This document shows positions 1-7,789 of a stretch of DNA of 15,625 nucleotides, piece by piece (the first letter of the stretch is position 1; every line of letters starts with the position of its first letter). Both the position numbers and the translations under genes were made by a program. This DNA is from Fidelibacterota bacterium (GTDB taxonomy: Bacteria > Fidelibacterota > Marinisomatia > Marinisomatales > TCS56). The notes under the pieces are model-generated. The model saw only the letters and a list, made by a program, of their open reading frames with translations. It did not search any database and was not told where the DNA came from. Location: positions 1 to 15,625 of the forward strand of contig JBDRBK010000089.1 in the NCBI GenBank assembly GCA_043822705.1. Reading direction: 5' to 3'.

Positions 1-1446
1 ATCTGATTCTCCGGAGGAGGCATACATGGCAGCAATTTCGGGATCGGCGGAGTTGGTCATATACTGGAGGTAATAAGCGTCACCGGAATAGGCGTCATAA
101 TCGGTGGCTGCATCAAAACCGGGATTGTCATCATCCACGCCACCGGTGATGGTATTGATCACCTGCGGCGATAACTCGCGGTCATACAGACTTTCGTAAA
201 AAGAGAAACCGATATTCAGACCGATGAAGGGTGTAACGCGCAGATTTCCGCCCCAGGTCACTTCGGTGACTGAATTGGTCAATTCATGATAAATCTTGGT
301 GGTATCACCGTAGGCGCCCCAGGGCAGTCGGGGCTGCATGACAATCAGGCTGGAAAAACTGGAATCGGCATTGATAATCGCATCCCGTGGTGCCTTGGAA
401 GCGAAGAATGCCGTCCTTATGAACCGGTTGGAAAATTGAACGGCGGCGCCATTCAAAACATATTCGATGGAGCGTGTGGCATCGGGAAAGATACCTTCCG
501 CGCGCTTGGTGAAACCATAACCAGTGCGCCGGGGACTGAAAAAGTCACCGGTTTCCAGCACTACACCATTACCGAAAGCAGCGGTATAGTTACCAACGAT
601 CAGACGGTCCAGACGCAGAAATCCCAGATCGACGTTCTCCAGCGACAGATAGCCTTTCTCACTTACCAGATCTTCCGGGTCGCCCATGTTCTGCCGGAAG
701 ACATAGCCCGCTTTCCAGTGACGACCGTACACGGCAGTGAGTTTTCGGTAATTTTCCGGTCGGTCGGCATCAGCAAATGCGGCAATGTTGCCTTCATCGT
801 CGGGATTGGTGGTCACCGGTACCGTACGGTATAACTGGGTAAAACGCAGGTGCGGTCGCGGTTTGGCGGTGGAGTCGGTCTCGAACCGGATGAAATCGAT
901 CAGGTTGCGATAGCCGTAATAACTGATACCAGGAGCATTACGCAATTCAAAATCGCCATAAATCTGCCCAAGCCGTTGCTGCTTCAGCACCGCCACTACG
1001 TCGATCGGGCTCAGATTGGGTAAGGCGATCAGATCGTCATAATTCATTTTATTGATATCGGCCGGTTCGAATGAGCGATCCAGCCAGATTTCTGACAGTC
1101 CCTCGGTATTGCCTTCCGCCGCCAGCCATTGATCGACCTTATAGGCGGCCACCTGACTGTTTTCCAGAAAGTCGGATAATTCCGGCAGCCACACCGCCAC
1201 CAGCGGTTTAAGGCGATAGACATCTTCGATTGTGAATTCCGGCAGATCGACCAGATCATAAATAGTAGTGAAAAACCGTTGACTTTCAAGCCGTTGCGCG
1301 ATTGCTGCAATCTGCGCAGCCGAAAGCGGCAGAGTTTTCAATTCCTCCAGAGTAGCTTCATTCAGGTCCAGTTTAGCCTCCACCCCAAATGCTAAAGTCA
1401 GGATGATCAAACCGATCACAATATATTTTGATTTCTTTTCCAACAC
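1..1446 (-). CDS. Helix-hairpin-helix (ComEA-like) domain outer-membrane protein, 3'-truncated by the window edge (at least 482 aa)
   Basis: Not in the ORF track; translated by hand. GTG at 1446 lies 7 nt after TAAGGA and the frame stays open to position 1. It begins with signal peptide MLEKKSKYIVIGLIILTLAFGVEA. Two ComEA-like units follow: LDLNEATLEELKTLPLSAAQIAAIAQRLESQRFFTTIYDLVDLPEF..LKPLV and ADINKMNYDDLIALPNLSPIDVVAVL..FELRNAPGISYYGYRNLIDFI. After these comes a beta-strand-rich region containing LIVGNYTAAFGNGVVL, a motif typical of the FCB-group HhH+barrel protein family. Confidence 0.85.
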   Translation of the reverse strand, partial: MLEKKSKYIVIGLIILTLAFGVEAKLDLNEATLEELKTLPLSAAQIAAIAQRLESQRFFTTIYDLVDLPEFTIEDVYRLKPLVAVWLPELSDFLENSQVAAYKVDQWLAAEGNTEGLSEIWLDRSFEPADINKMNYDDLIALPNLSPIDVVAVLKQQRLGQIYGDFELRNAPGISYYGYRNLIDFIRFETDSTAKPRPHLRFTQLYRTVPVTTNPDDEGNIAAFADADRPENYRKLTAVYGRHWKAGYVFRQNMGDPEDLVSEKGYLSLENVDLGFLRLDRLIVGNYTAAFGNGVVLETGDFFSPRRTGYGFTKRAEGIFPDATRSIEYVLNGAAVQFSNRFIRTAFFASKAPRDAIINADSSFSSLIVMQPRLPWGAYGDTTKIYHELTNSVTEVTWGGNLRVTPFIGLNIGFSFYESLYDRELSPQVINTITGGVDDDNPGFDAATDYDAYSGDAYYLQYMTNSADPEIAAMYASSGESD

Positions 1447-1456
1447 GGTTTGGTCC

Positions 1457-2338
1457 TTAGCGCCGGGCAAAACGGATGCCGAACTGGTGTGTCAGGGGCA
1501 GGACCGGATGACTCAGCAGGCTGTAGCCGATCTTGAAGCCCGCCACCTGCACTTCCATTCCACCGCCAAAGCGATTGGGATTGGACTGTACCCCCAGACG
1601 CAGGATCACCCAGTCATTCAGTCCGTACTGGAAACCGCCGTTGATGATGATCTGATTGGCACCCAGCAGACGATCCAGATTAAGTGATGTCACCAGCCGA
1701 TCGAATGGTACGTAAGCGATGCCGATGTTCATCCGCCGCGGCAAATATGAAGTCGATGCGCCACTGCCGATTTCCGGTGAATTGATGTTTTTCAGATAGG
1801 CGCCAACCCGGTGCTTATTACGCAGCACTGCTACCAGACCGACATCCAGTCCGAAAGCGCTACCAGAGGCAGCGGCAAAGCCGTCACTGCCGTCACCACT
1901 CAGTCCGGCGCTTCGCCCCAGATCCCAGGTATAGTAATTGAGGCTATAGCCCAGCAGCAGCCGCGTGTTGCGATCCTGCTGCAGATGGAAACCGTTGGAA
2001 AAACTGTAGACCTGCTCGTTGGACAGGGTCGTACCGGAATAATCGGTCTTTAATCCCTGGGTGGAAATACCGATACTGCCCAGCACCGGAACACGCATAA
2101 CCAGTCCAAAATCCAAGTACGGCAAGTTGACAATCTTGCCGCTGCCGGCCCTGAATTCCAGTGTTTTCACTTCCGCCAGGCCGGCCGGATTATGATACAG
2201 ATTACTGCTGCTGCCGGGATTTGCCACTACCGCTCCGGCCAGGGCGGTGGCTTCCACGCCGGTGTAGATATAATCGCTGGCTACCTGAGCGGACACCATT
2301 GTCAGAGAAAATAGGATTCTCGTGAGTAGTTTATTCAT
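1457..2338 (-). CDS. PorV/PorQ-like (FadL-related) outer-membrane beta-barrel protein, 293 aa
   Basis: Signal peptide (..TMVSA|Q), GVEATALAGAVVA..SSNLYHNPAGLA N-terminal motif, FGLDVGLVA and GAYLKNINSP..LPRRMNIGIAY motifs, amphipathic strands, C-terminal HPVLPLTHQFGIRF. Confidence 0.75.
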   Translation of the reverse strand: MNKLLTRILFSLTMVSAQVASDYIYTGVEATALAGAVVANPGSSSNLYHNPAGLAEVKTLEFRAGSGKIVNLPYLDFGLVMRVPVLGSIGISTQGLKTDYSGTTLSNEQVYSFSNGFHLQQDRNTRLLLGYSLNYYTWDLGRSAGLSGDGSDGFAAASGSAFGLDVGLVAVLRNKHRVGAYLKNINSPEIGSGASTSYLPRRMNIGIAYVPFDRLVTSLNLDRLLGANQIIINGGFQYGLNDWVILRLGVQSNPNRFGGGMEVQVAGFKIGYSLLSHPVLPLTHQFGIRFARR

Positions 2339-2351
2339 TATGTGTCGCTCG

Positions 2352-3902
2352 CTAAAATTTTACGCCGATGACAACCGGGGCGATATCGGTGCTGGTCTTG
2401 CCCGACTGAAAATCAGTCGCCTCAATATGCATGAAATAGGTTCCGGGTGGAACGATTTGCCCCAGATGATCGCGACCATCCCAGCCGGCCCAGGATTCGG
2501 TGCGCTGCACTTCGCCGGCTTCGGCATAGAATTCATCCACCAGTGATGTGATAAATCGACCGGAAATATCGAAGACCCGCACGATCACCCGCGAATTAGC
2601 CGGGAAGGAATATTCGTAATCCAGGTGCTCGCCCATGGTGGGTATCAACACAAACGGCGCTGGATTGATGCTGGCCTTGCTATAATCACCCGGATAAATG
2701 CAATCGCCATACTCATTGGTTTGAGCGTAGGGATCTGGGCAACCGTAGATTTTGGCAATATCAAAATCTTCACTACTGGTTACATTTATCTGCTTTTCCC
2801 CCTGATACTCTTGTACCAACCCGGTAGCCTGAATCACATATTTTTCGAATGGGGGAGTTATCAGATAGGCACGGGGTGAATTGGGAATATCCCAGTCACT
2901 GGGCCAGACAGTACATTCCAGCCGGTAACCGTCAGGGTCTTCCAGTGTAATCGAATGCGGTCCGTTATAGACAGTCACGTCAAAATAATCAACCAACAAA
3001 CCCTGAATAATAACAGTCTGATTATCATATAATCCGTTAATAATGTCAATGAATGGTGTCAGATCTTCCGTTCCCGCCAGGCAACTGCCGTCATCTCTGG
3101 TGGCCGCCGGATTATAATTCGGCGAGGTGGGATTGGTGCAACCATAAATGATCTCTGGATGGAATACGACTTCCCAAGCCGCTGTGAGATTTTCGCTGGT
3201 TTCATCATGGCCGGTGATTCCGTTACCCGCAGATTGGGATTCGCCCGTTTCAACCAAGGATATTCTCATATATGATGAATCATTACCATGAGTATAAAAA
3301 TAACTCTGCTGATCGACAGGAGTATCACTCAGGTAAGTTGATATTCCTGATTTATCAATCCCGTGTGAATTATCCCCCCACAGGAAGTAATCCACATCCT
3401 GTACCGTCGTCGATGTTCCGTCCCATTTGAACAGAATCAGCATTTCCGGACTGCCCAACATATCCGTGGCGAAAAAGGCCGGCCCCAATGAGATAGTGGT
3501 CTGCCCCTCAATTGCATTCTCCATATCCTCATACAGAGAAAGGTCTGGAGCATGACCATAATATTCGGCAAATAAGGAATCATTGTGCATGCTAACTGTC
3601 AAGGTTTCACCAGCAGCCAGAATTGTACCTGACGGAAAACGTGCAATGAAGTCAGAAAAGGAAACACTCCAGTAATTGATTCCGTCTGGCAGATTATAAT
3701 AGTATTTAAATGATGACTTTTTCACAGCATCGGTAAGGTAGTAATCAGACAAATCCACGGCAGCATTGGTCGGGTTTACCAGTGCGACCATTTCAGCTTT
3801 TGTAGGTGTAACACAAATCCGCTGGAACAATATATGATTGCTCGTGGCCGACACCAGCGTTTGTCCAATTATAACAATTAACAGAAGATACTTTTTATTC
3901 AT
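2352..3902 (-). CDS. Secreted lamin-tail-domain + OB-fold protein with FlgD-like/T9SS-type C-terminal domain, 516 aa
   Basis: Signal peptide; LTD motif AEMVALVNPTNAAVDLSDYYLTD; GCTNPTSPNYNPAATRDDGSC motif; OB-fold-like region (VIIQGLLVD..ITLEDPDG..VIQATGLVQEYQGEKQI); CTD INPAPF..VRVFDISGRFITSL..WDGRDHLGQIVPPGTYFMHIEA. Start overlaps the upstream stop (TAATG). Confidence 0.8.
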   Translation of the reverse strand: MNKKYLLLIVIIGQTLVSATSNHILFQRICVTPTKAEMVALVNPTNAAVDLSDYYLTDAVKKSSFKYYYNLPDGINYWSVSFSDFIARFPSGTILAAGETLTVSMHNDSLFAEYYGHAPDLSLYEDMENAIEGQTTISLGPAFFATDMLGSPEMLILFKWDGTSTTVQDVDYFLWGDNSHGIDKSGISTYLSDTPVDQQSYFYTHGNDSSYMRISLVETGESQSAGNGITGHDETSENLTAAWEVVFHPEIIYGCTNPTSPNYNPAATRDDGSCLAGTEDLTPFIDIINGLYDNQTVIIQGLLVDYFDVTVYNGPHSITLEDPDGYRLECTVWPSDWDIPNSPRAYLITPPFEKYVIQATGLVQEYQGEKQINVTSSEDFDIAKIYGCPDPYAQTNEYGDCIYPGDYSKASINPAPFVLIPTMGEHLDYEYSFPANSRVIVRVFDISGRFITSLVDEFYAEAGEVQRTESWAGWDGRDHLGQIVPPGTYFMHIEATDFQSGKTSTDIAPVVIGVKF

Positions 3903-6544
3903 TATTTCAATAACGTTATTTTATTAGTAAGGCTTAGATTTTCTGAAGTCAAGCGTGTGAAGTAGATTCCGCTGGACAGAAACTGGCCGTTAGAATCCTT
4001 TCCATCCCATATCACCGAATACATTTCACTGCCATTGCGGAAATCATTCACCAACGTATTAACCAACTGTCCATTCAAATTATAAATATCCAGTCTTACT
4101 TTACCGCTGACTTCCAGTTGGTAGCTGATTGTAGTGGTCGGGTTAAACGGATTAGGATAATTCGACATCAAATTAATATTCCGCGCGACCTGTGGTTCGT
4201 CCAGCCCGCCAAGCACCACAATATCATCTGTGCTAAGAGGGTAGATCATATATTCGCCATAGGCATAATCGACGACGCCAATGATTGTTTCATAGGTAAC
4301 ACCAGCCGTCGGGTTTACCCATACGCCATTAAAATAATAATCATCGATTTTGGCCTGACCGCTGCCATCATTGACATACCAGCTGTTATATTGATTGACC
4401 GAGTCGACGGTTACATTCATTAATTCAACCAGCATACCCTCGTACTGTTCACCTGTAGCCGAGCAGGAAATTCCAAGATCACCACTATTTATTGCCACCG
4501 GATCAATGCTATTGCCATTGGAATTGATCGTAAAACTGGTGACTGTCTTCAATTCCGACAAGCCATTGTATTCGGTTACTGTGGCGGTAACAGTAACTTC
4601 ATCGCCGACGGCGGGATTGACACTGGTATCATAAACCAGAATGCCGCCCCAAGATGTTGCATCAGGCTGCTGCAGGAAAAAATTAGGATAGGTACCCGGT
4701 TTAACGGCGGTTACGATTCCAGTTACAGTAACTGTCTGGTTCAGCAGTGTTGAAGGATAGCAGTCACTGGGCCCGGATCCAGCCTGATCGGCATACTGGA
4801 TATCGTATATCGATAGACTACCTACCTTAATTGTTACTTCATCGGTAGCAGATTGGGCATCATTATCAAACACGGTAAGCTGAAATACAAAGGTGGCAAA
4901 TTCACTCGGCGCAGTAAAGGTAACGACTGCTTCTTCGTAATCACTCAGAGTTACAGCGGGACCTTCAAGCTTCTCCCAGAGATAGCCGACAATTGTTCCG
5001 TCGGAATCGGTGCTTCCGGTGCCGTCCAGGGTTACCAGAGCGCCGAAGTCTACCTGTTGGTCTCCACCGGCATCGGCTACCGGTATTGTAAGATCAATAT
5101 AAATATCAAGGTCATCATCATCACGGGGGATGATCTTGTATGCCAAATGAGTGTAGTTCAAAGGACCGGTAATCGAAATAAACTGGTCATCCAAAACAGG
5201 AACGTAGGAATAATGACCGGAAGTTGAATTATCGATCCGCATATTATTTGTTCCATCACTCACTTCCCATTCACCGAAACCGGCATCAACGAGTGATACG
5301 GTCACATTTTCAATCTTTACCAAGACACCTTCCCACGGTTCCCAGTCGGATTGGTTCAGAGTAAGCACTTGAGCCGCCGGCGGTTCGTTGCCAGCACTAT
5401 TAACGACCAGATTGGTGATATTTTCAATCTCTGATTTACCGTCATATTCAGCGTATTCGCCAACCAGGGTCACGTTATCACCACGCGCCACAGTGTAATT
5501 GAAAGAATAAATATTGATTCCCGAATACTGCCCGGTGCCGTCCTGAAGGTAGAAACTGCTGGTACCATCAGAAACTTCGCCGGTTCCAGCGGTGACGATA
5601 CCACTAATCCGGACCAATGAACCAAGAGTAACCGTACCGGATTGGATAGCAAAGATGGTTACTGTCTCCGGTATCTGGTAGGACTGTTGAGATGAAGTTG
5701 AAGTCTGACTGGCATCATCAGTGGCCTTAATAACAAAATATACTGTCGTCCCAGCTGCCTGGGCGGGGATAGCGCTGGACGTTTGATAAATATCGCCCGT
5801 GGTTATGGTCATAGAGATTGAATTTGGATAGGTCGTGCCGTTGGTTCCCCAAGTTAATACTACGGTACTTACCGCATTATCATCGGTGACGGTGGCACTG
5901 ACGCTGACCGCATCGACACCTGATGGCAGAATTGGATCAATGGTGATACCAGTGATAACCGGAGGTATGTCTGACCCGGCGGCCAGAATAGTCTGATTAT
6001 TATTCACGGTGCCAAAGGTCCAGGTATCCTCACTCTGCCAGGTAAAATTGGAATAGACATTACCTGAACCGCCTAATTGCAACGATAGGCCAGTGGCGCC
6101 GGTGCCATCCTGAAAAACACCAATATCAATACTTGTTACACCATTGGCAGCTCCGTCGACAGCTGTTAAGGTACCTTCATAACTCAGAAATTGAATCAAG
6201 GAGCCGGAATAACTCAGTGCAATCCCATCTGGAGCACCATTTTGGATACCGTTGGATGGATAAGTATAATAATAAAACGTAAATCCATTATTCGTATTGC
6301 CAGCAGTAAAGGAATCAAGAGTCTTTGTACCATAGGCTGCCCCACCGCTACCATTGTACAATGTAACCGAAAAATTGACTAAATCCGTATAGGTACTGGG
6401 AACTGCAACTTCAATCGCCTCATTTGCATCTGTACTAAGGTTATCATAATGAATTTCATTAATCCAGGCATTTGGTACCTGTCCGTGCAAAAACGAAAAC
6501 AAAACTAAACAATAAATAACAATGCTAATCACATTCTTTCTCAT
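3902..6544 (-). CDS. T9SS type A sorting-domain protein: LTD-like + Ig-like + 2x YhcR/ExeM-like OB-fold modules + PKD, about 880 aa
   Basis: ATG at 6544 is 6 nt downstream of GAGGAG (track starts at GTG 6547). Signal peptide ..FLHG|Q; WINEIHYDN..NEAIEV..GIQNGAPDGIAL..QFLSYEG domain seen at N-termini of ExeM/NucH-like nucleases; two OB modules (IQ..V.G.VTA..F(Y/F)LQ..GD.V....EY.G.SE..E..EG.LV...NVTV); PKD PVADAGGDQ..LDGTGSTDSDG; CTD NYPNPFNPTTTISY..IYNLNGQLV..WDGKD..LSSGIYF..KITLLK. Confidence 0.88.
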   Translation of the reverse strand: MRKNVISIVIYCLVLFSFLHGQVPNAWINEIHYDNLSTDANEAIEVAVPSTYTDLVNFSVTLYNGSGGAAYGTKTLDSFTAGNTNNGFTFYYYTYPSNGIQNGAPDGIALSYSGSLIQFLSYEGTLTAVDGAANGVTSIDIGVFQDGTGATGLSLQLGGSGNVYSNFTWQSEDTWTFGTVNNNQTILAAGSDIPPVITGITIDPILPSGVDAVSVSATVTDDNAVSTVVLTWGTNGTTYPNSISMTITTGDIYQTSSAIPAQAAGTTVYFVIKATDDASQTSTSSQQSYQIPETVTIFAIQSGTVTLGSLVRISGIVTAGTGEVSDGTSSFYLQDGTGQYSGINIYSFNYTVARGDNVTLVGEYAEYDGKSEIENITNLVVNSAGNEPPAAQVLTLNQSDWEPWEGVLVKIENVTVSLVDAGFGEWEVSDGTNNMRIDNSTSGHYSYVPVLDDQFISITGPLNYTHLAYKIIPRDDDDLDIYIDLTIPVADAGGDQQVDFGALVTLDGTGSTDSDGTIVGYLWEKLEGPAVTLSDYEEAVVTFTAPSEFATFVFQLTVFDNDAQSATDEVTIKVGSLSIYDIQYADQAGSGPSDCYPSTLLNQTVTVTGIVTAVKPGTYPNFFLQQPDATSWGGILVYDTSVNPAVGDEVTVTATVTEYNGLSELKTVTSFTINSNGNSIDPVAINSGDLGISCSATGEQYEGMLVELMNVTVDSVNQYNSWYVNDGSGQAKIDDYYFNGVWVNPTAGVTYETIIGVVDYAYGEYMIYPLSTDDIVVLGGLDEPQVARNINLMSNYPNPFNPTTTISYQLEVSGKVRLDIYNLNGQLVNTLVNDFRNGSEMYSVIWDGKDSNGQFLSSGIYFTRLTSENLSLTNKITLLK
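4220..4816 (-). repeat. Intragenic protein-level repeat, copy 2 (OB-fold tandem module, aa ~578-776 of the 881-aa track ORF)
   Basis: LSIYDIQ..VTVTGIVTA..FFLQ..GILVY..VGDEVTV..EYNGLSEL..EQYEGMLVELMNVTV..WYVNDGSG..IDD..GVVDYAYGEYMIYPLSTDDI aligns by eye with copy 1. Confidence 0.8.
5108..5662 (-). repeat. Intragenic protein-level repeat, copy 1 (OB-fold tandem module, aa ~296-480 of the 881-aa track ORF)
   Basis: VTIFAIQ..VRISGIVTA..FYLQD..GINIY..RGDNVTL..EYDGKSEI..EPWEGVLVKIENVTV..WEVSDGT..IDN..GPLNYTHLAYKIIPRDDDDL. Confidence 0.8.
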
Positions 6545-6620
6545 CACACGCTCCTCTTCACTTAATTTTGCGACGTTGTTTAATTTAATTAAAAATATTC
6601 ATTAACCAGTCATACAAATC
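6545..6620 (-). promoter_or_regulatory. AT-rich upstream region with strong RBS (GAGGAG, 6551-6556); likely promoter of the four-gene cargo unit
   Basis: Very AT-rich intergenic tract; weak sigma70-like TTGTAT-N18-TTTAAT on the minus strand. The RBS is clear, the promoter is tentative. Confidence 0.4.
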
Positions 6621-6651
6621 CGGTTGTTCCCGGCACCCAAAAGACTACACC

Positions 6652-6669
6652 TGACCGGTCGGCCGATCA
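6652..6669 (-). terminator. Possible weak hairpin/terminator at the end of the asparaginase gene
   Basis: Minus-strand UGAUCGG-CCGA-CCGGUCA, a 7-bp stem including one G-U pair, overlapping the stop codon; the U-run lies about 9 nt away, so non-canonical. Confidence 0.2.
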
Positions 6670-7650
6670 TTCGGTGTCGACATAACCGACAATATTGCCG
6701 ATATGTATCTGGCGCAGGTTATGGATCGGGGTACTGGAATAATCCGCCAGTTGCAGCAATTCCGCCTCGGTCAGCAGGTTCAGATGTTTCAGGACCGCCA
6801 TGGTCGCCGGGGGATTGGCGCGCTGGGCGCCGTCCAGCACTTTAACGGCCATTCCCCAGACCTCACCGTCGGGCCGCCGGATGGCCAGTCCCCGCACCGC
6901 CTCGCCGCCGCCTTTGGTCACCGCCCGCCCCTGCAGCACTTCCATGAAATCGGTATCGAAGCGTTTTTCGCCGGCGATCAGATAGGGATTGGCGGTCATG
7001 GCATCGTATAAAATGTTCAATTCCGGGAAATCGCCACCGGCCAGCTTCTGGAACATCCGGGCGATGCTGTACAACGGCAGGTAAGGCGTCGGCAGGCTGC
7101 AACCGTCGACGCCGATCGGCAGCTCGCGCAGACCGCTGAAGCGCTCCACCTGCTCGAAAACCGCTTTCTGCACCGGGTGATCGGGGAATGTGTAGCCTTG
7201 GGGATCAACGTTCAGTTTACGGGCCAGACACAGCATACCGGCATGTTTGCCGGAGCAATTGTTGTGGAGTGGTCCCGCCTCTTGACCGGCGCGGATCAGG
7301 TTATACAGCGATTCCTTGTGATAGGGTTCTTGCCGGCCGCATTCGTAATCATCTGCGGTGTAACCCAGTTTGTCCAGCATGGCGGCGGCGGTGCGCACAT
7401 GAATATCCTCGCCGCTGTGGGAAGAGCACATCAGGGCCAGTTCGGCCTGGTTGAAACCGGCTGCTGCCGTGGCGCCGACCACCACTGAAGCAGCGGCCTG
7501 AAACGGTTTAAGCGATGATCGGATGCAGGTCAGGTACTTGGGGTCGCCGCTGCTGAATACAATCCGGCCCGCGGCATCCACCACCACGGCGTAGGCGGTA
7601 TGAATACTTTCGATATAGAGACCACGGGTCACGGTGCATAAAATCGCCAT
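6667..7650 (-). CDS. ansA: L-asparaginase II (class 3, Rhizobium etli-type; Asparaginase_II family)
   Basis: Motifs RSSLKPFQA, CSSHSGE, HNNCSGKHAGML, DGCSLP, KGGGEAV, AVKVLDG. ATG at 7650 follows GAGGTG at 6 nt spacing (track starts at 7659). Confidence 0.93.
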   Translation of the reverse strand: MAILCTVTRGLYIESIHTAYAVVVDAAGRIVFSSGDPKYLTCIRSSLKPFQAAASVVVGATAAAGFNQAELALMCSSHSGEDIHVRTAAAMLDKLGYTADDYECGRQEPYHKESLYNLIRAGQEAGPLHNNCSGKHAGMLCLARKLNVDPQGYTFPDHPVQKAVFEQVERFSGLRELPIGVDGCSLPTPYLPLYSIARMFQKLAGGDFPELNILYDAMTANPYLIAGEKRFDTDFMEVLQGRAVTKGGGEAVRGLAIRRPDGEVWGMAVKVLDGAQRANPPATMAVLKHLNLLTEAELLQLADYSSTPIHNLRQIHIGNIVGYVDTE

Positions 7651-7789
7651 CGTCGTCACCTCACTGGTTGCAGTGATTTTTCATCTCGGATTCGTTCATA
7701 AACAATGCCAAATACGTTTATACGGTAACGCGGAAGTTACACATTTCACCGCGATTTTCTGCTACATAAAGCTTTACCCGGACCTGCGC

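Noticed and set aside
286..834. 182-aa plus-strand ORF (and the 88-aa minus ORF at 1044-1310)
   Set aside because: Both lie within the HhH-barrel gene (minus strand, 1446 to <1), which has an RBS, signal peptide and family motifs
1880..1900. Short direct repeat gccgtcact-gccgtcacc
   Set aside because: Encodes SGDGSDG in a barrel loop; two units only, not an array
2680..6620. Low-GC segment as a mobile element or prophage
   Set aside because: No integrase, transposase, terminal repeats or tRNA target seen; kept only as a compositional anomaly
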